The notes below the pieces were generated by a model. The model was given only the letters and a program-made list of their open reading frames with translations, ran no database searches and had not been told where the DNA came from. From Balanoglossus misakiensis (Eukaryota; Animalia; Hemichordata): DNA of 64,000 bases. Location: assembly GCA_040954595.2 (NCBI GenBank), contig CM082583.2:10305656-10369655 (forward strand), in the 5' to 3' direction. Below are positions 53,267 to 64,000 of the stretch, piece after piece; the stretch's first letter is position 1; each line of letters begins with the position of its first letter. The position numbers and the translations under genes were made by a program.

Positions 53267-56145
53267 TTAATATATATATTTATTGCTCTTAAAGGCCTCC
53301 GGCCCATATTGCAACATTAGATTATAAATACAAAAAATATATACATCATGAGAGTGAGTACTTTACATGGTTATAAAGATTTCTTCTCTCAATTTATACG
53401 CCTTATATACAAATAGTGCCAGCTTGAAAATGACTGTGCTATTGGAGGAAGACATTAGTGCATAAAACTTTTCAATCGTTGGCTGTGAATAAGACCATTG
53501 TGGTAAGTGTTGGAGTCTTAAATTGTGATATAAAGGGCAAATACAAATGAAATGAAATTCGTTCTCTATTTCATGTGAGTCACAAATTTGACATATTCTA
53601 TCTTCGAGAGCAACGCCCTGGGCTCTACCTTTTTCAATTTCTAAATCTAGCCCAGAGCTTCTGAGACAGGCAAGTGCTCTCTTGAACCTGAAGAACATGT
53701 TCGATGTTAAATAATCTTCTGTGTGGAATAAAAATTTAAAATTACAATACACACGGAGTTTGTCTTTACTACACACTTCTGCATGCCAGTTTTGTTTAAA
53801 AATATCCATAGCTCTTTGTGTAAAATGTTGGAGGAAGACATTGAAATCTCCCGGACCTTGCCAAAACCAGACTTCCCCAAAACCATGCTCACAAAGTAAA
53901 TGTTTAACATGGGTAGCCCAGGATTCTTTGTTATTTTCATCGAGTGATATAGCTAGCTGATATGCATGCTTAGCAATTCTGTTTTGGGGCATATTTAGAA
54001 GTTTATACCAATATGATAAAACCTTTTTAAAACTATGTATGAAAATTGGGAATCTACCACATTCCCCTAAAACAAAGACATCCGGGGTAGTAGATTTGAT
54101 TCCCATGAAAGCTTTACAGTATTTAAGGTGGACTCGTTCAACTACACTATACATGCGGTAACCCCAAATTTCAGCCCCATATGTCAAAATTGGTAATACC
54201 ATGGTATCAAAAAGCTTAAAGTATTCTTGAAAAGTCAAAGGACAAGTATTTCTAATCATACAGAGAATACAACCCATAGCTTTCCTAGCTTGATCTGCTA
54301 AGGTAAGTACAGCTTTACTCCAAACATTACGACTAGATATCATAAGCCCAAGGTATTTGTAATAACTTACAGTTTTCACTTTTTGTCCATTAAAAACCCA
54401 TTTTTCACTTTTTTTCAGAATGCCCCCTCGCCTAAAAACAATGACATGTGATTTGTTAAGATTTACATTCATTTTCCACTTAGCACAGAAAGACTCTAAA
54501 ACTCGAAGCAGATTTTGTAATCGTCCTGGGGTGTCACTAAATATTGTTACATCGTCAGCATACAAAAGTGAAAATAAATCGTACAAATCTTGTGTCAGTT
54601 GTATACCTCCCTGGTCCGAATTTTCTAACATGGTATTTAATTCATTTATAAAAAGCGAAAACAAAAGGGGACTCAACATGCATCCCTGACGCACGCCAAC
54701 AGAACACTGAAAATAGTTAGTTCTCCCTTGTTGGGATTTTACACAGGATTTAAGCCCATGGTACATTGACTTAAGAATATTAAACATTTTGCCCTGTACA
54801 CCCTCAGTGGACAGTCTGTACAGCAACAAATTGTGATTTACAGTGTCGAAAGCCTTACTGAAATCTATAAATGCACAATAAAAGCGTCCCCTTGATCTAC
54901 AAAGATACTTTTGAACCATGACATGTAACGTAAAGATGTTATCAATGGTGCTATAACCACGTCTGAAGCCAGTCTGACACTCAGTAATGCAACCGATCAT
55001 CTCTGCCCATTTAGTCAATCTCTGGTTCAAGATAAAAGTAAAAATTTTACCAATCGAGTCCAGAAGCGTTATGCCTCGGAAATTATTTGGGTCATGAAAA
55101 CTACCCTTCTTATGTAGCGGGACTATGATACCCATACTCCAGTCTCTTGGAAAAACACCAGCATCAAAAACGGCATTAAACAGAAAGTGTAGTACAGGCA
55201 TAAGACTATTTTTAGCATCTCTGTAAAATTCATTTGGTAAGCCATCAGGACCAGGTGATTTACCAGTTTTAAGCATATCCAAAGCATACAATATCTCATC
55301 GTTGCTAATAGGATGGTTGAGAATGTCCTCATTGGAGGTTTCATCTCCGTGAGAGAATTCAATGGTTTCAAGAAAATTTTCCACACTGATATCAAAATTG
55401 GTTTTCTGGTAGACAGGGTTGTGCAATTTATCAAAGTGATCCATCCAGTCAGCAGCTGAGATATTGGAGAGGGGTTTTTGACCCCCCTTAAAATATTTAA
55501 CTCGTTTCCAAATGTTCTCCCCATTGTTACAGAATGAAGAATAAAAATTTTCTTTGTTGATTCTACACAGAGATTTAAACGTTTCCTTGCGATCCTTATA
55601 ATTTTTTAAACTCTCCTGGTCATTTAAATCTCTGAAATAACGGAGGGCTTTGTACATATTCATTTTAGCTATTTCACAATCTTTGTTGAACCATTTTGGC
55701 TGCAATACTCTCTTTGTAACATTCCTAGTCTTGACAGTAAACTTATGGAAGCCTGCTGCAGCCCATGTCAATAAAGCATACACTTTTGAAGTCAACTCAT
55801 TTATATCATTCCTCCCGGAATCAAGAATACAACTGATATGTTGTTGACCCTCCGGTGAGGTGACCTTTTCATTAAATTTACCCCTTTTCTCATTATCCCA
55901 CTTAAAAAATGTATAGTCGTGAAAATCTGAGCCTTGGACTCTTTGTGTATTTTCAGGAAGACATGACAATTCAATATTCATGGTACATGACAAAGGGAAG
56001 TGATCAGAGTCACTCCTATCTTCAACATTAAAATCTGAAACATGTTTAAATAAATCGCTGGACACAATCATATAATCCACTACACTGGTCCCCCTGTTAG
56101 CAATACAAGTAAAGTTACCAGCCAGATCCCTCCCACATCTTCCAT
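53267..56145 (-). mobile_element. 5'-truncated non-LTR (LINE) retrotransposon, APE-endonuclease/RT type (tentatively RTEX-like), about 2.9 kb
   Basis: Flanked by the direct repeat CCAAAGAAGTT at 53256-53266 and 56146-56156 (11-bp TSD). The 3' UTR on the minus strand ends ...ATGGGCCGGAGGCCT...AATAAATATATATATT. Clade assignment is from motif recall only. Confidence 0.92.
53363..56145 (-). CDS. LINE ORF2 (C-terminal part of AP endonuclease, reverse transcriptase, CCHC zinc knuckle); N-terminally truncated but uninterrupted
   Basis: Endonuclease end motifs VVDY and SDHFPL. RT motifs PGPDG, FRGITLL, QTGFR, FIDFSKAFD, GVRQGCMLSPLLF, YADD, YKYLG. C-terminal CQIC...EFHFICIC. The first about 22 residues of the listed ORF come from host flank beyond the TSD. 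Confidence 0.93.
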
Positions 56146-57235
56146 CCAAAGAAGTTGTTGAATTATTGAGTAAAGCTTTCGGTAGAAATGGTTGTGCGCC
56201 CTCAATTGTCACAATTAGGAGTAATGTGCCATGGTTTCGAGCAGGGCGAGAGGTGGCGCTGCATTTTACGTTCCCAATGGGTTGGGTTTTTTCTAGCGCA
56301 TTTTATCGATAAAATAAAGAAATGAGTAAATAAACAAACTCAACGAATGCCAAAGTTTCATCACGCTGGCATTCAAATGTTTCAAAACTTGATGATGAGT
56401 TTAGATAGTTTGATAAGCGGGAGTCCATATTCTTGAGAAACAAACTTATACGCAGTGAGTGTTTTCTTGCTAAGCGCGTTTGGATCACTGCGCGCTCTAC
56501 ACGCAGAAAAGCCGTTGTGCGGGATTTTTTTCTTCGGAAACTACACGTTCTAAGAACTGCTTCTTGCGTCACCGTGTGCGCGCGACTCTTCTGAAAACGG
56601 AATCGAATTTGTTCGATCTCTTTCTTCATTTCGTTTCACAGTTACATGCGATTGCAAAGAAGGAAACAGAAATTTATTTGGTAAGTTACGTTATATTTTC
56701 TTTTCTGCGTTTGTAAAACACCGTTCATCGCGAACGCAAAAGACATATTGATCCCGAAAATATTCAAATCAACAATGTTCATCAGGGCATTTCACTTTAG
56801 GGACACGAGCGAGTCAAATACTTTAGGCCCTACTGACCCATTTTTTGCAAGTTGTCTATTCGTCCCGTAAACATCCTTCTATGTTGTTATTACAGTGACA
56901 AGCAGACAAGCACGGAGACATGTAAATCGGTGAGAAAATAACGTTATATAGGCCTAATAGGAATTGTACATCACATCGCATTACATCACATATCCGTGGC
57001 AAACAACAAGTCACAATGTCGCACAGAAAACAGTTGACATAATCATATTGTGTCGCACATGCATTACAAAGCTACGAATCACGATGGATAGTGTAACGTT
57101 TTGCAAAATGATTACTAGTATGTCACGCCTTGTGTACTACGCTGTGTATGTCTATAGCACTTGTCATCCTCCATATCACATCAATCCCTTTCTTCCACCT
57201 CAATAGCCAGGCGTTGGCGTTTGCCTCGGATAATT

Positions 57236-60200
57236 ATGGCTACCCCAGAGAAGCCACCCAAGCCGCTCAAGTCGGTCAGTTTTGCTCTCGAGCGCCCTCG
57301 TGAGGAGAGGATGGGCAGGGACACCAGGTCCCTGTTCACCGTTAGGTGAGTCTATGATCTAACAACGTTTTGCATGGTCATTCGAAGACCGTTTACCCAT
57401 ATGCAAATTACAAGTGATTAATCCAGAGCAGGCCTATGTAATGGTAACGGTATCATTCCTACAGACAACGCCCCGAGGATTTCGCCGACAGCAAATTGAT
57501 CAGACCCAAGTTTAGTTCCCCATCGATGAACCTGTCAACACTTTACGTAGCCGCCCAAGATGAATCCGATACAACTGAATCCGAATCCGATGATATGGAG
57601 GTGGAAGGTAAGTAGAAAGGGTGATCGAGTGAACGTTCAGGGGATAACGCTGTAAAACAGCCCAATCTTCGTTAAAAAGACACTGTAAATTGACCTTCGT
57701 CATATCAAAAACCGAACAAGTATTTGGAGACATACTGCAATCCATGTCACACGAGAATGTTCATAAACTGCCCAGTCATGCGAGATCTCGCAGGGTCTCG
57801 CGGAGTTCTAAAAACGGTGTATTGCTAAAGCTCTATGGCCATGTTTACAGAGGTTCTTGAGGTTGCCATGAAATCAGATGATGACGAGGACATGGATTAC
57901 CGAATGGATGGCGACCAAGAACCCTCACACGCTGCGTCATCGGGACTGTCTTTCGAGCCGATTATCGAAACGCCAGGTAAACTGATACAAATGTACATGT
58001 ATACGTGTGCTCACATGCCAACGACGTGTCGGACGATTCCCCACTGTCACTGATATTCGAGCATGGTACCACTGATCATATGCATAGAATTAGTCGTATG
58101 CTTTCATTATTTTAACATTAATTTAGTGTAATTGTGATTTTACGTAGAGTCAGATCAAGAGTGGGAGCCGACTCCAGGTCAACCACCTTTTCAGTCCGAC
58201 GACAGGACGTACCGAATAACCGAAGTAGAAATGCCTGACGCTGTGCCAGATGGCCCGACTGTCGATGGTGCTGCTGGGGGCTCCACCAGCGACACTTCTG
58301 TTGGTATCAGGCCGCCGTCCGACCCCGGTTCCGGGTCTGACATTTCCAATAGCGGCAGCCTGTCATCGACGTATTCGGGTAGCAGGTCCAACAGCACCTC
58401 TTCAGCTGATTCGACCGGACGCTCTGATTTGACGGTTTCCTCTGTCACCACAGATCAGTCCGATTTCACCGCCGAAACCGGGCAGTCCCTTGAAAGTAGC
58501 CTCACAACGGGCACCTACTCCAGCTACACCTCGGGCCAAACGGGGACAACCGGAACGACAATTTCGAGTTTCACAACAGACATGACACACTCAACGACTG
58601 CAACCGAGTCCACGCTGCGAAGTCTGACGTCAACCGACCCTTCGTCCGACACCTACAGCTCCAGCATCACAACGGGAACGTACACCCTCACCGGGAGTGA
58701 AACTCAGACCGAGTCTTCCAGGGCGGGTCTGAGAAGTTCCTCGAGTGGCCAGACCAGCAGCGACACGGTCATATCCGCGCACTTAACCGGATCAGACAAA
58801 TCGCTCGGTTCTGAGAAACCTTGGGATCCACAGAAAGCAGAACCCAACACACCGCCCCCATCTTCAGCCTCTGAGCAGTCGCTTTCATCCGAGACTGAAG
58901 AAACTGTAGAGAAATCGAAGCTGAATACATCTTCCAATCTCGACTCGGTTGTACCTGACCCTGACGCAAGATCCAAACAGTCAATTGACCGTACAGAAGA
59001 TGGGCCTGTGGCTCTGGAATCGCTGCATGGTCGTGACAGACAACCTGAACTTATCGAAAGAGCTCCAAGTGGCGAACCTATCAAAACCTTTCAAGCAACT
59101 GAGTCCAAAATCAGCTACACGACTCCGTCGGTTCTTTTGACGAGGAAAGAGATAGAAGAAGCAAATGAGTCTTTCCCTAGCTACACAACACCTTCAAGGA
59201 TGCATCAAAAGATCACAGACAGAGCTAACACTGATAATATACATATAACTGAATCCATGAAAAGCTACACGACTCCGTCGGTTCTTTTGACGAGGAAAGA
59301 GATAGAAGAAGCAAATGAGTCTTTCCCTAGCTACACAACACCTTCAAAGATGCATCAAAAGATCACAGACAGGGCCACCACTGACAATATACATATAACT
59401 GAGTCCGCGAAAAGCTACACGACTCCATCGGTTCTTTTGGCGCAGAGAGACCAGCGGGAAAGCATGGATTCTCTGCCTTCAGACACCACTCCCTCTAGAA
59501 GGAGTGACGTGGCCAAAAGCTCTGCTGAAAAGATGGCATCTGCTTCTCATTTCGAAAGTCCATCGCAGACACTGGCAGACGAAGATGGCGGACATCGCCA
59601 GGTTGGTGACCGTTCAAGTTCTTCAAGGTTCTCACCATCTCCCGCTTCGTCAACGTCATCCGTTGAAGTTGTGCCTGAGCCAGAAAGGGAGGACAGCAGA
59701 ATCGATCCTGAATTTGGCGAGAAGTATCCGAGTCTGCAGAAGGCTTTAAGCGACCAGAAGACTGCCAGCAGTCACATTCAGTCAGTTGCCACAGAGGATG
59801 GCCCCGTGAAAGACGAATCCAAAATCTCAGCCAAAGAATCTCTGCCATCTTACCATGTAACCTGGAGCCGCGAGACATTTTCTACGCCTCAACGTGGTAA
59901 TGAAGCAGCTGCCGATGCACCCAGTCAAGAAGACATCTCAGGAACACCTCTCTCATCATCGTTTGTCGTTGTGTCAGATTCGGATTTGCCACGTGCAGAC
60001 GAGATAGACGAACGGCTACAGCATGTTTATGGAGGGCATCTGTTTCCAGAGTCATCATCTGAATTGATGTCGGATGCATACACCGAAAGTGATAGGAGCA
60101 TGGCGTTTGGTACGTCTTTTGCCAGTGCTCCAACTCCAACACTACCACACGATCCTGAGCTTGACGTTGACATGGACTTGCGAGCTGGATCCTATGATGT

Positions 60201-63200
60201 GTGTCTGCCAGAAGTTGAGCAAGGCGGCGCGCCTACAAAACCGCCCGCTGCGAAAGTTCCACCAAAAGTCCAGTCTCTTTATTCTCCATCCGGGAAAAAA
60301 CACATGGATGGAAACATGTACCAGCCACACAGTTTGCCCCACGTGCCTGTTTACTCGGTCGTGCATAGAATGCCCGCTGGGGGAGACCTGCATCACAAGC
60401 GGCCAGAATTCGTCCACGATTACGTCACACACGCGGCTGCTGTTGACAAGTCCAAGGACAGTGTCGGCAAACTGATTCCCACGGTTCACGACAGCATGTC
60501 AGAACCGGTGAGTGACCAGGCGAGTGAAAAGCAGCGTGCACTGCAAATGGAAATGGGAAAGCAAGATGCAGAAAGAGATGAGACGAAGAGGGACGAGGGA
60601 CAACATCACGAGCAAACAAAGACGAGGGAAGAACAGAGACAACAGGAGTCAACAAGTGATGACTCAGAGGACATGGCAGAGACAACACACGTGAGTGTTC
60701 TTTAGTGATATAACATATACCAAAAGAGGGTTAACAAATTTGATGTACCTGTTCATGCAAAAGTGGAGTTTTCTTTGCTTTTGTATAGTTTCTGTGTGAC
60801 TGCAATGTCCACATTTCCATTTACAAATTGTCAAAACAGTTGCAGCAAAATTACCTTTCCCTAAAGTAACGTTTCCTCGTACGGTTCTGATTGTTGTACA
60901 TAGCAAATCGTATTTTTTAATGCATGTGTGCATTTGAAATTCAACCCGATAAAATGTTTAACCCTAGAAGCCTGTGAAGCGAAGAAGTTCATATTATTAT
61001 GGATCAGCTGACGACATAATCCGACAACAGACTGAAGAAATTCACAGACTGATCTGGGAACTATACAAAGCCAAGGCGAGGCTTAGTGACAGCAGTTCAG
61101 AAGAGAGAGATGACGGCAAGTATGAGGAAAGGTTTGCACGAATGACTAAAGAACTTGAGGAGACAAAATGTTTGGTTGGTGTGAAGAATCTGGAGATAGA
61201 AGCCCTGCAGGATCAAGTGGAAGAGCTCAGAGAAGTGGCAGAAGATAAACAGGGGCAGGTTTTGAATCTCCAGGAAGAACTGGCAGACGTTGAAACTTTG
61301 GCGGAGGACAGACTGGAACACATCAAGGTACTGAAAGAGCACTTCATAGAGGTGCACTCCACGCTGAACAGTGATATGGATATAGCTACCTCCGAGGAGT
61401 TTGTCTCGTCCACGTCCGATCAAGAACTGTCACACCACGCTGTGGCTATTGCCACTTCCAGCTTGAATCAGATTTCCCGACTGCAGGAAGAACTGCAAGA
61501 GGCCCACCACGTCATTGAAGTCAAAACTCGCCACATCGAGTTGCTTCTGGACACCATGAAGGAAGACAAGGGGACCGACGCGTCAGCGAGCGATGCCAGT
61601 GCAAGAGAGGACTTCGCGTTCTCGCTTGAATGCAAACTGCGCGAGTCGGAGCTTGAAAATGAGTATCTTCACGAAGAACTTCTCCGAATCCAAACTCTGG
61701 CCAGTGACAGGAACAAACAGATCATGTCTCTTCTGCAGGGCAACAAGTCCATTCAGAGAGACTTCACCAAAAGCCAGAACTTGTTGGAAAACTTAGAAGA
61801 CCAGGTGGAAAATCTAACAATGATGCTGGAGACAAAGGTCTGTGAAAATGAAGAACTGATAGCAGCGCTTGCTGACAGTAAAGTCAGTGATGGTGAAAAC
61901 AAAATGGATAACGATTCAGAAGAAGTCAGGAGAGATCTTCTACAAGCACAGAGTGAAATAGAACAGCTACGTAGAGAACTAGATGTAAATCAGACCTTGG
62001 CAGAGCAAAGAAAGGAGATCATCTGGGACCTACAAAACAAACAGAGCTTAGACCGACGTGATGATGGCCGAGAATCCACATACGAAGCAAAGCTTCAAAG
62101 TAAAATCAGTGGTTTCAAAGCTCTGCTAGAATCGAAAGATTCTGTTATCAAAAACTTAGAGAGCAGGCTTGCTGATGTACAGTCAGAATCAGAGAAAATG
62201 CGGCTGGGCCCCCAGGTCATCGAGCAACATCGGCAAGGAGAAAATGCATTAAAGCAGACACAGGATGACAATGAAGCCTTGCAAAGGGACCTCCTGTACT
62301 CTCGAAAGCTTGCTGAGCAAAGATTACATGACATGACTTCTTTGGCACGGAAGTACAGTGCAACAAAGCAAAAGGAAAGCAATCATAAATCCCTCCTGAA
62401 GAACTTGCAACTGCAGTTGCAAAACATGTCGGTTATAATTCAGACAAAGGAGGAGGAAATTGACAGACTCCGTGCTGAAATGCAGAAGATGTCACAGGAA
62501 CAGAGTCAACACACGCAGCAGTCACCGGAGATTGGCGCACAGTATGCTGAACTACAAAATGAGCTGAGGATCATAACAGCTGACAATGAAGATCTGCAAA
62601 AGGCACTTCTTTCCAGCCAACAGCTGGCTGAACACAGGTCAAAGGATATCAATTCTTTGTCACGAAAATACAGTGCAACAAAACAAGATGTTAACAACAG
62701 CAAGACATTGGTAAGGAATCTACAGCAACAGGTGCAGAATATGAAATGGACAGTGGAAGCAAAGGACCAAGAAATTGCGGACATCCAGCGTGAACTGCAG
62801 GACACAAAGAAAGAGCTGGGTGTTCTATCCCTGTCTGGACAGCAGATGAATGTCGAAGCTGCCATACACAAAGCCGACTCCAAGGAACTTGTGGACAACA
62901 TGACAAAGCGTCTGTATGAGTTAAGAAAGGTGATAAGTGACCATTTGGTGACGATAACCTCTCTGAAAGCAGAGCTTCAGCAGTCCAAGAGATCCTCGAC
63001 AGACAAGGACGAACAGGTGCAGATGATAATTAACGAGACACGAGACCATCAAATCGAACTGGAGAAACAAATCGAAAAGATGCAAAATCAGTTACAAATC
63101 ATGGCCGAGAAGACAGGAGACCGCAACATCGACTCTCTTATCGAAACTCTGAAGGATGACCTCTTGGTTGCAAGAAGTGAATTGCACAAGAAAGAGCAGG

Positions 63201-64000
63201 AATTAGAAACATGCATGAGTGACCACAAAGAAGAGAAAGAAGCTCTTCAAAAAAGGCTCCAGAACGTGCAACAAGAGCTGACCTCCTCTTCATACTCAAG
63301 TCAGAAATATAGTGACATGAAGGAATTCTTCGAAGGGCAGCTTGCTGAAGCAAAGACGAAGGAAAAGGAGAAAAGCGAGAAATTCCATAAACTGATGAAA
63401 GAAAACGATGAAGGCAAACAGCAACTGAAGATGCAGATCAAAGACTTGGAGATGCAGTTGGTGAAAGCCCAATGCATGAGACAGAGCGGAGAAGAGAAGA
63501 TAGCACCAGCTGAGATCAGCCGAGCAAAGGATCTGGAACTCCAACTCATGAGATCTGAACAGCAACGACTGCAGCTTGAGAGTGACATACGACACCTGCA
63601 GAGACGTGACGTGGTTTCTCAATCTCAAACCGAAGCAGGAGTTTTGAACTCAGTGATTGACAGCCTCAAGAACGAGCTTCTCACTCTGAAGAATGGACTC
63701 CAAGAGAAGAATTATGAAATCGACCAGATGGTGAAAAGTCATGAGAGCGAAACTAAATCCCTGGCAAGTCAAATAGAAATTCTGAAGCAGCAAGTTAGCT
63801 ATTTCAGTGCACGATCTGTTCAGGACAATGCCACAGAGAAAGACAACGAAGTTATCACAAAATACCAAACAGTGATCAAAGAGTTTGAGAGAGAAAAGCA
63901 GCACCTACAAAGGGACGTGCAGAGTTTGCAGTTGCAGTTAATCAAGGCTGAAGCCAAGGTAGACTCCCAGGCTCTGCTGGACGCTGATGTTGCTTTGAAG
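57236..64000 (+). CDS. Large uncharacterised protein: Ser/Thr-rich disordered N-terminal half, then a long coiled-coil region; partial, runs off the window
   Basis: Frame-consistent GT-AG exons 57236-57345, 57465-57607, 57851-57976, 58148-60690, and 60968 to beyond 64000. The last exon appears stop-free in that frame, is E/Q/K/L-rich and heptad-like, and is absent from the ORF track, consistent with no stop being reached. A possible non-coding first exon ends at 56680 (GTAAGT donor). Confidence 0.85.
59113..59440 (+). repeat. Coding 150-bp (50-aa) tandem repeat, about 2.2 copies
   Basis: AGCTACACGACTCC starts at 59113, 59263 and 59413; peptide SYTTPSVLLTRKEIEEANESFPSYTTPS(R/K)MHQKITDRA(N/T)TDNIHITES. 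Confidence 0.93.

Noticed and set aside
56146-56212. N-terminus of the 949-aa RT ORF as a real start
   Set aside because: It lies outside the TSD-defined element and has no ATG. It is chance read-through from host flank, so this copy lacks most of the endonuclease and is not autonomous.
56245-56262. CTCF-like motif (GAGAGGTGGCGCTG) upstream of the coiled-coil gene
   Set aside because: Only a partial match to the consensus; not supportable without a PWM scan or ChIP data.
61097-63904. Several minus-strand ORFs rich in Leu/Phe/Ser
   Set aside because: Antisense shadows of the plus-strand coiled-coil exon.

Overview
This is eukaryotic (invertebrate animal) genomic DNA with GT-AG introns, not prokaryotic. 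(1) 1-12,250: two abutting, homologous 87-bp satellite arrays (A about 56 units, B about 80 units, roughly 78% identical by my manual alignment). They end in degenerate units and a short inverted block. The long repetitive ORFs here are satellite artefacts. (2) 13,503-50,674: five intact, spliced Amt-family ammonium transporter paralogs, three on + and then two on -, which I reconstructed exon by exon. They share internal exon sizes (72/60/77/about 213 bp) but differ at pore-lining residues and in their N- and C-terminal tails. A small single-exon ORF of unknown function lies inside the cluster. (3) 53,267-56,145: a 5'-truncated non-LTR retrotransposon with an intact reading frame and an 11-bp target-site duplication. 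(4) 57,236 to beyond 64,000: a large gene with a Ser/Thr-rich exon and a coiled-coil exon over 3 kb. Most notable: paralog 2 carries Leu at the site matching E. coli AmtB W148, paralog 5 has one extra intron and one intron shifted by 11 nt, and the satellite shows palindrome-perfecting changes and a sharp subfamily switch. I see no clear evidence of a wholly new biological system. The best candidate is a functionally diversified five-gene Amt cluster next to a satellite block. All alignments were done by eye; no database searches were run.
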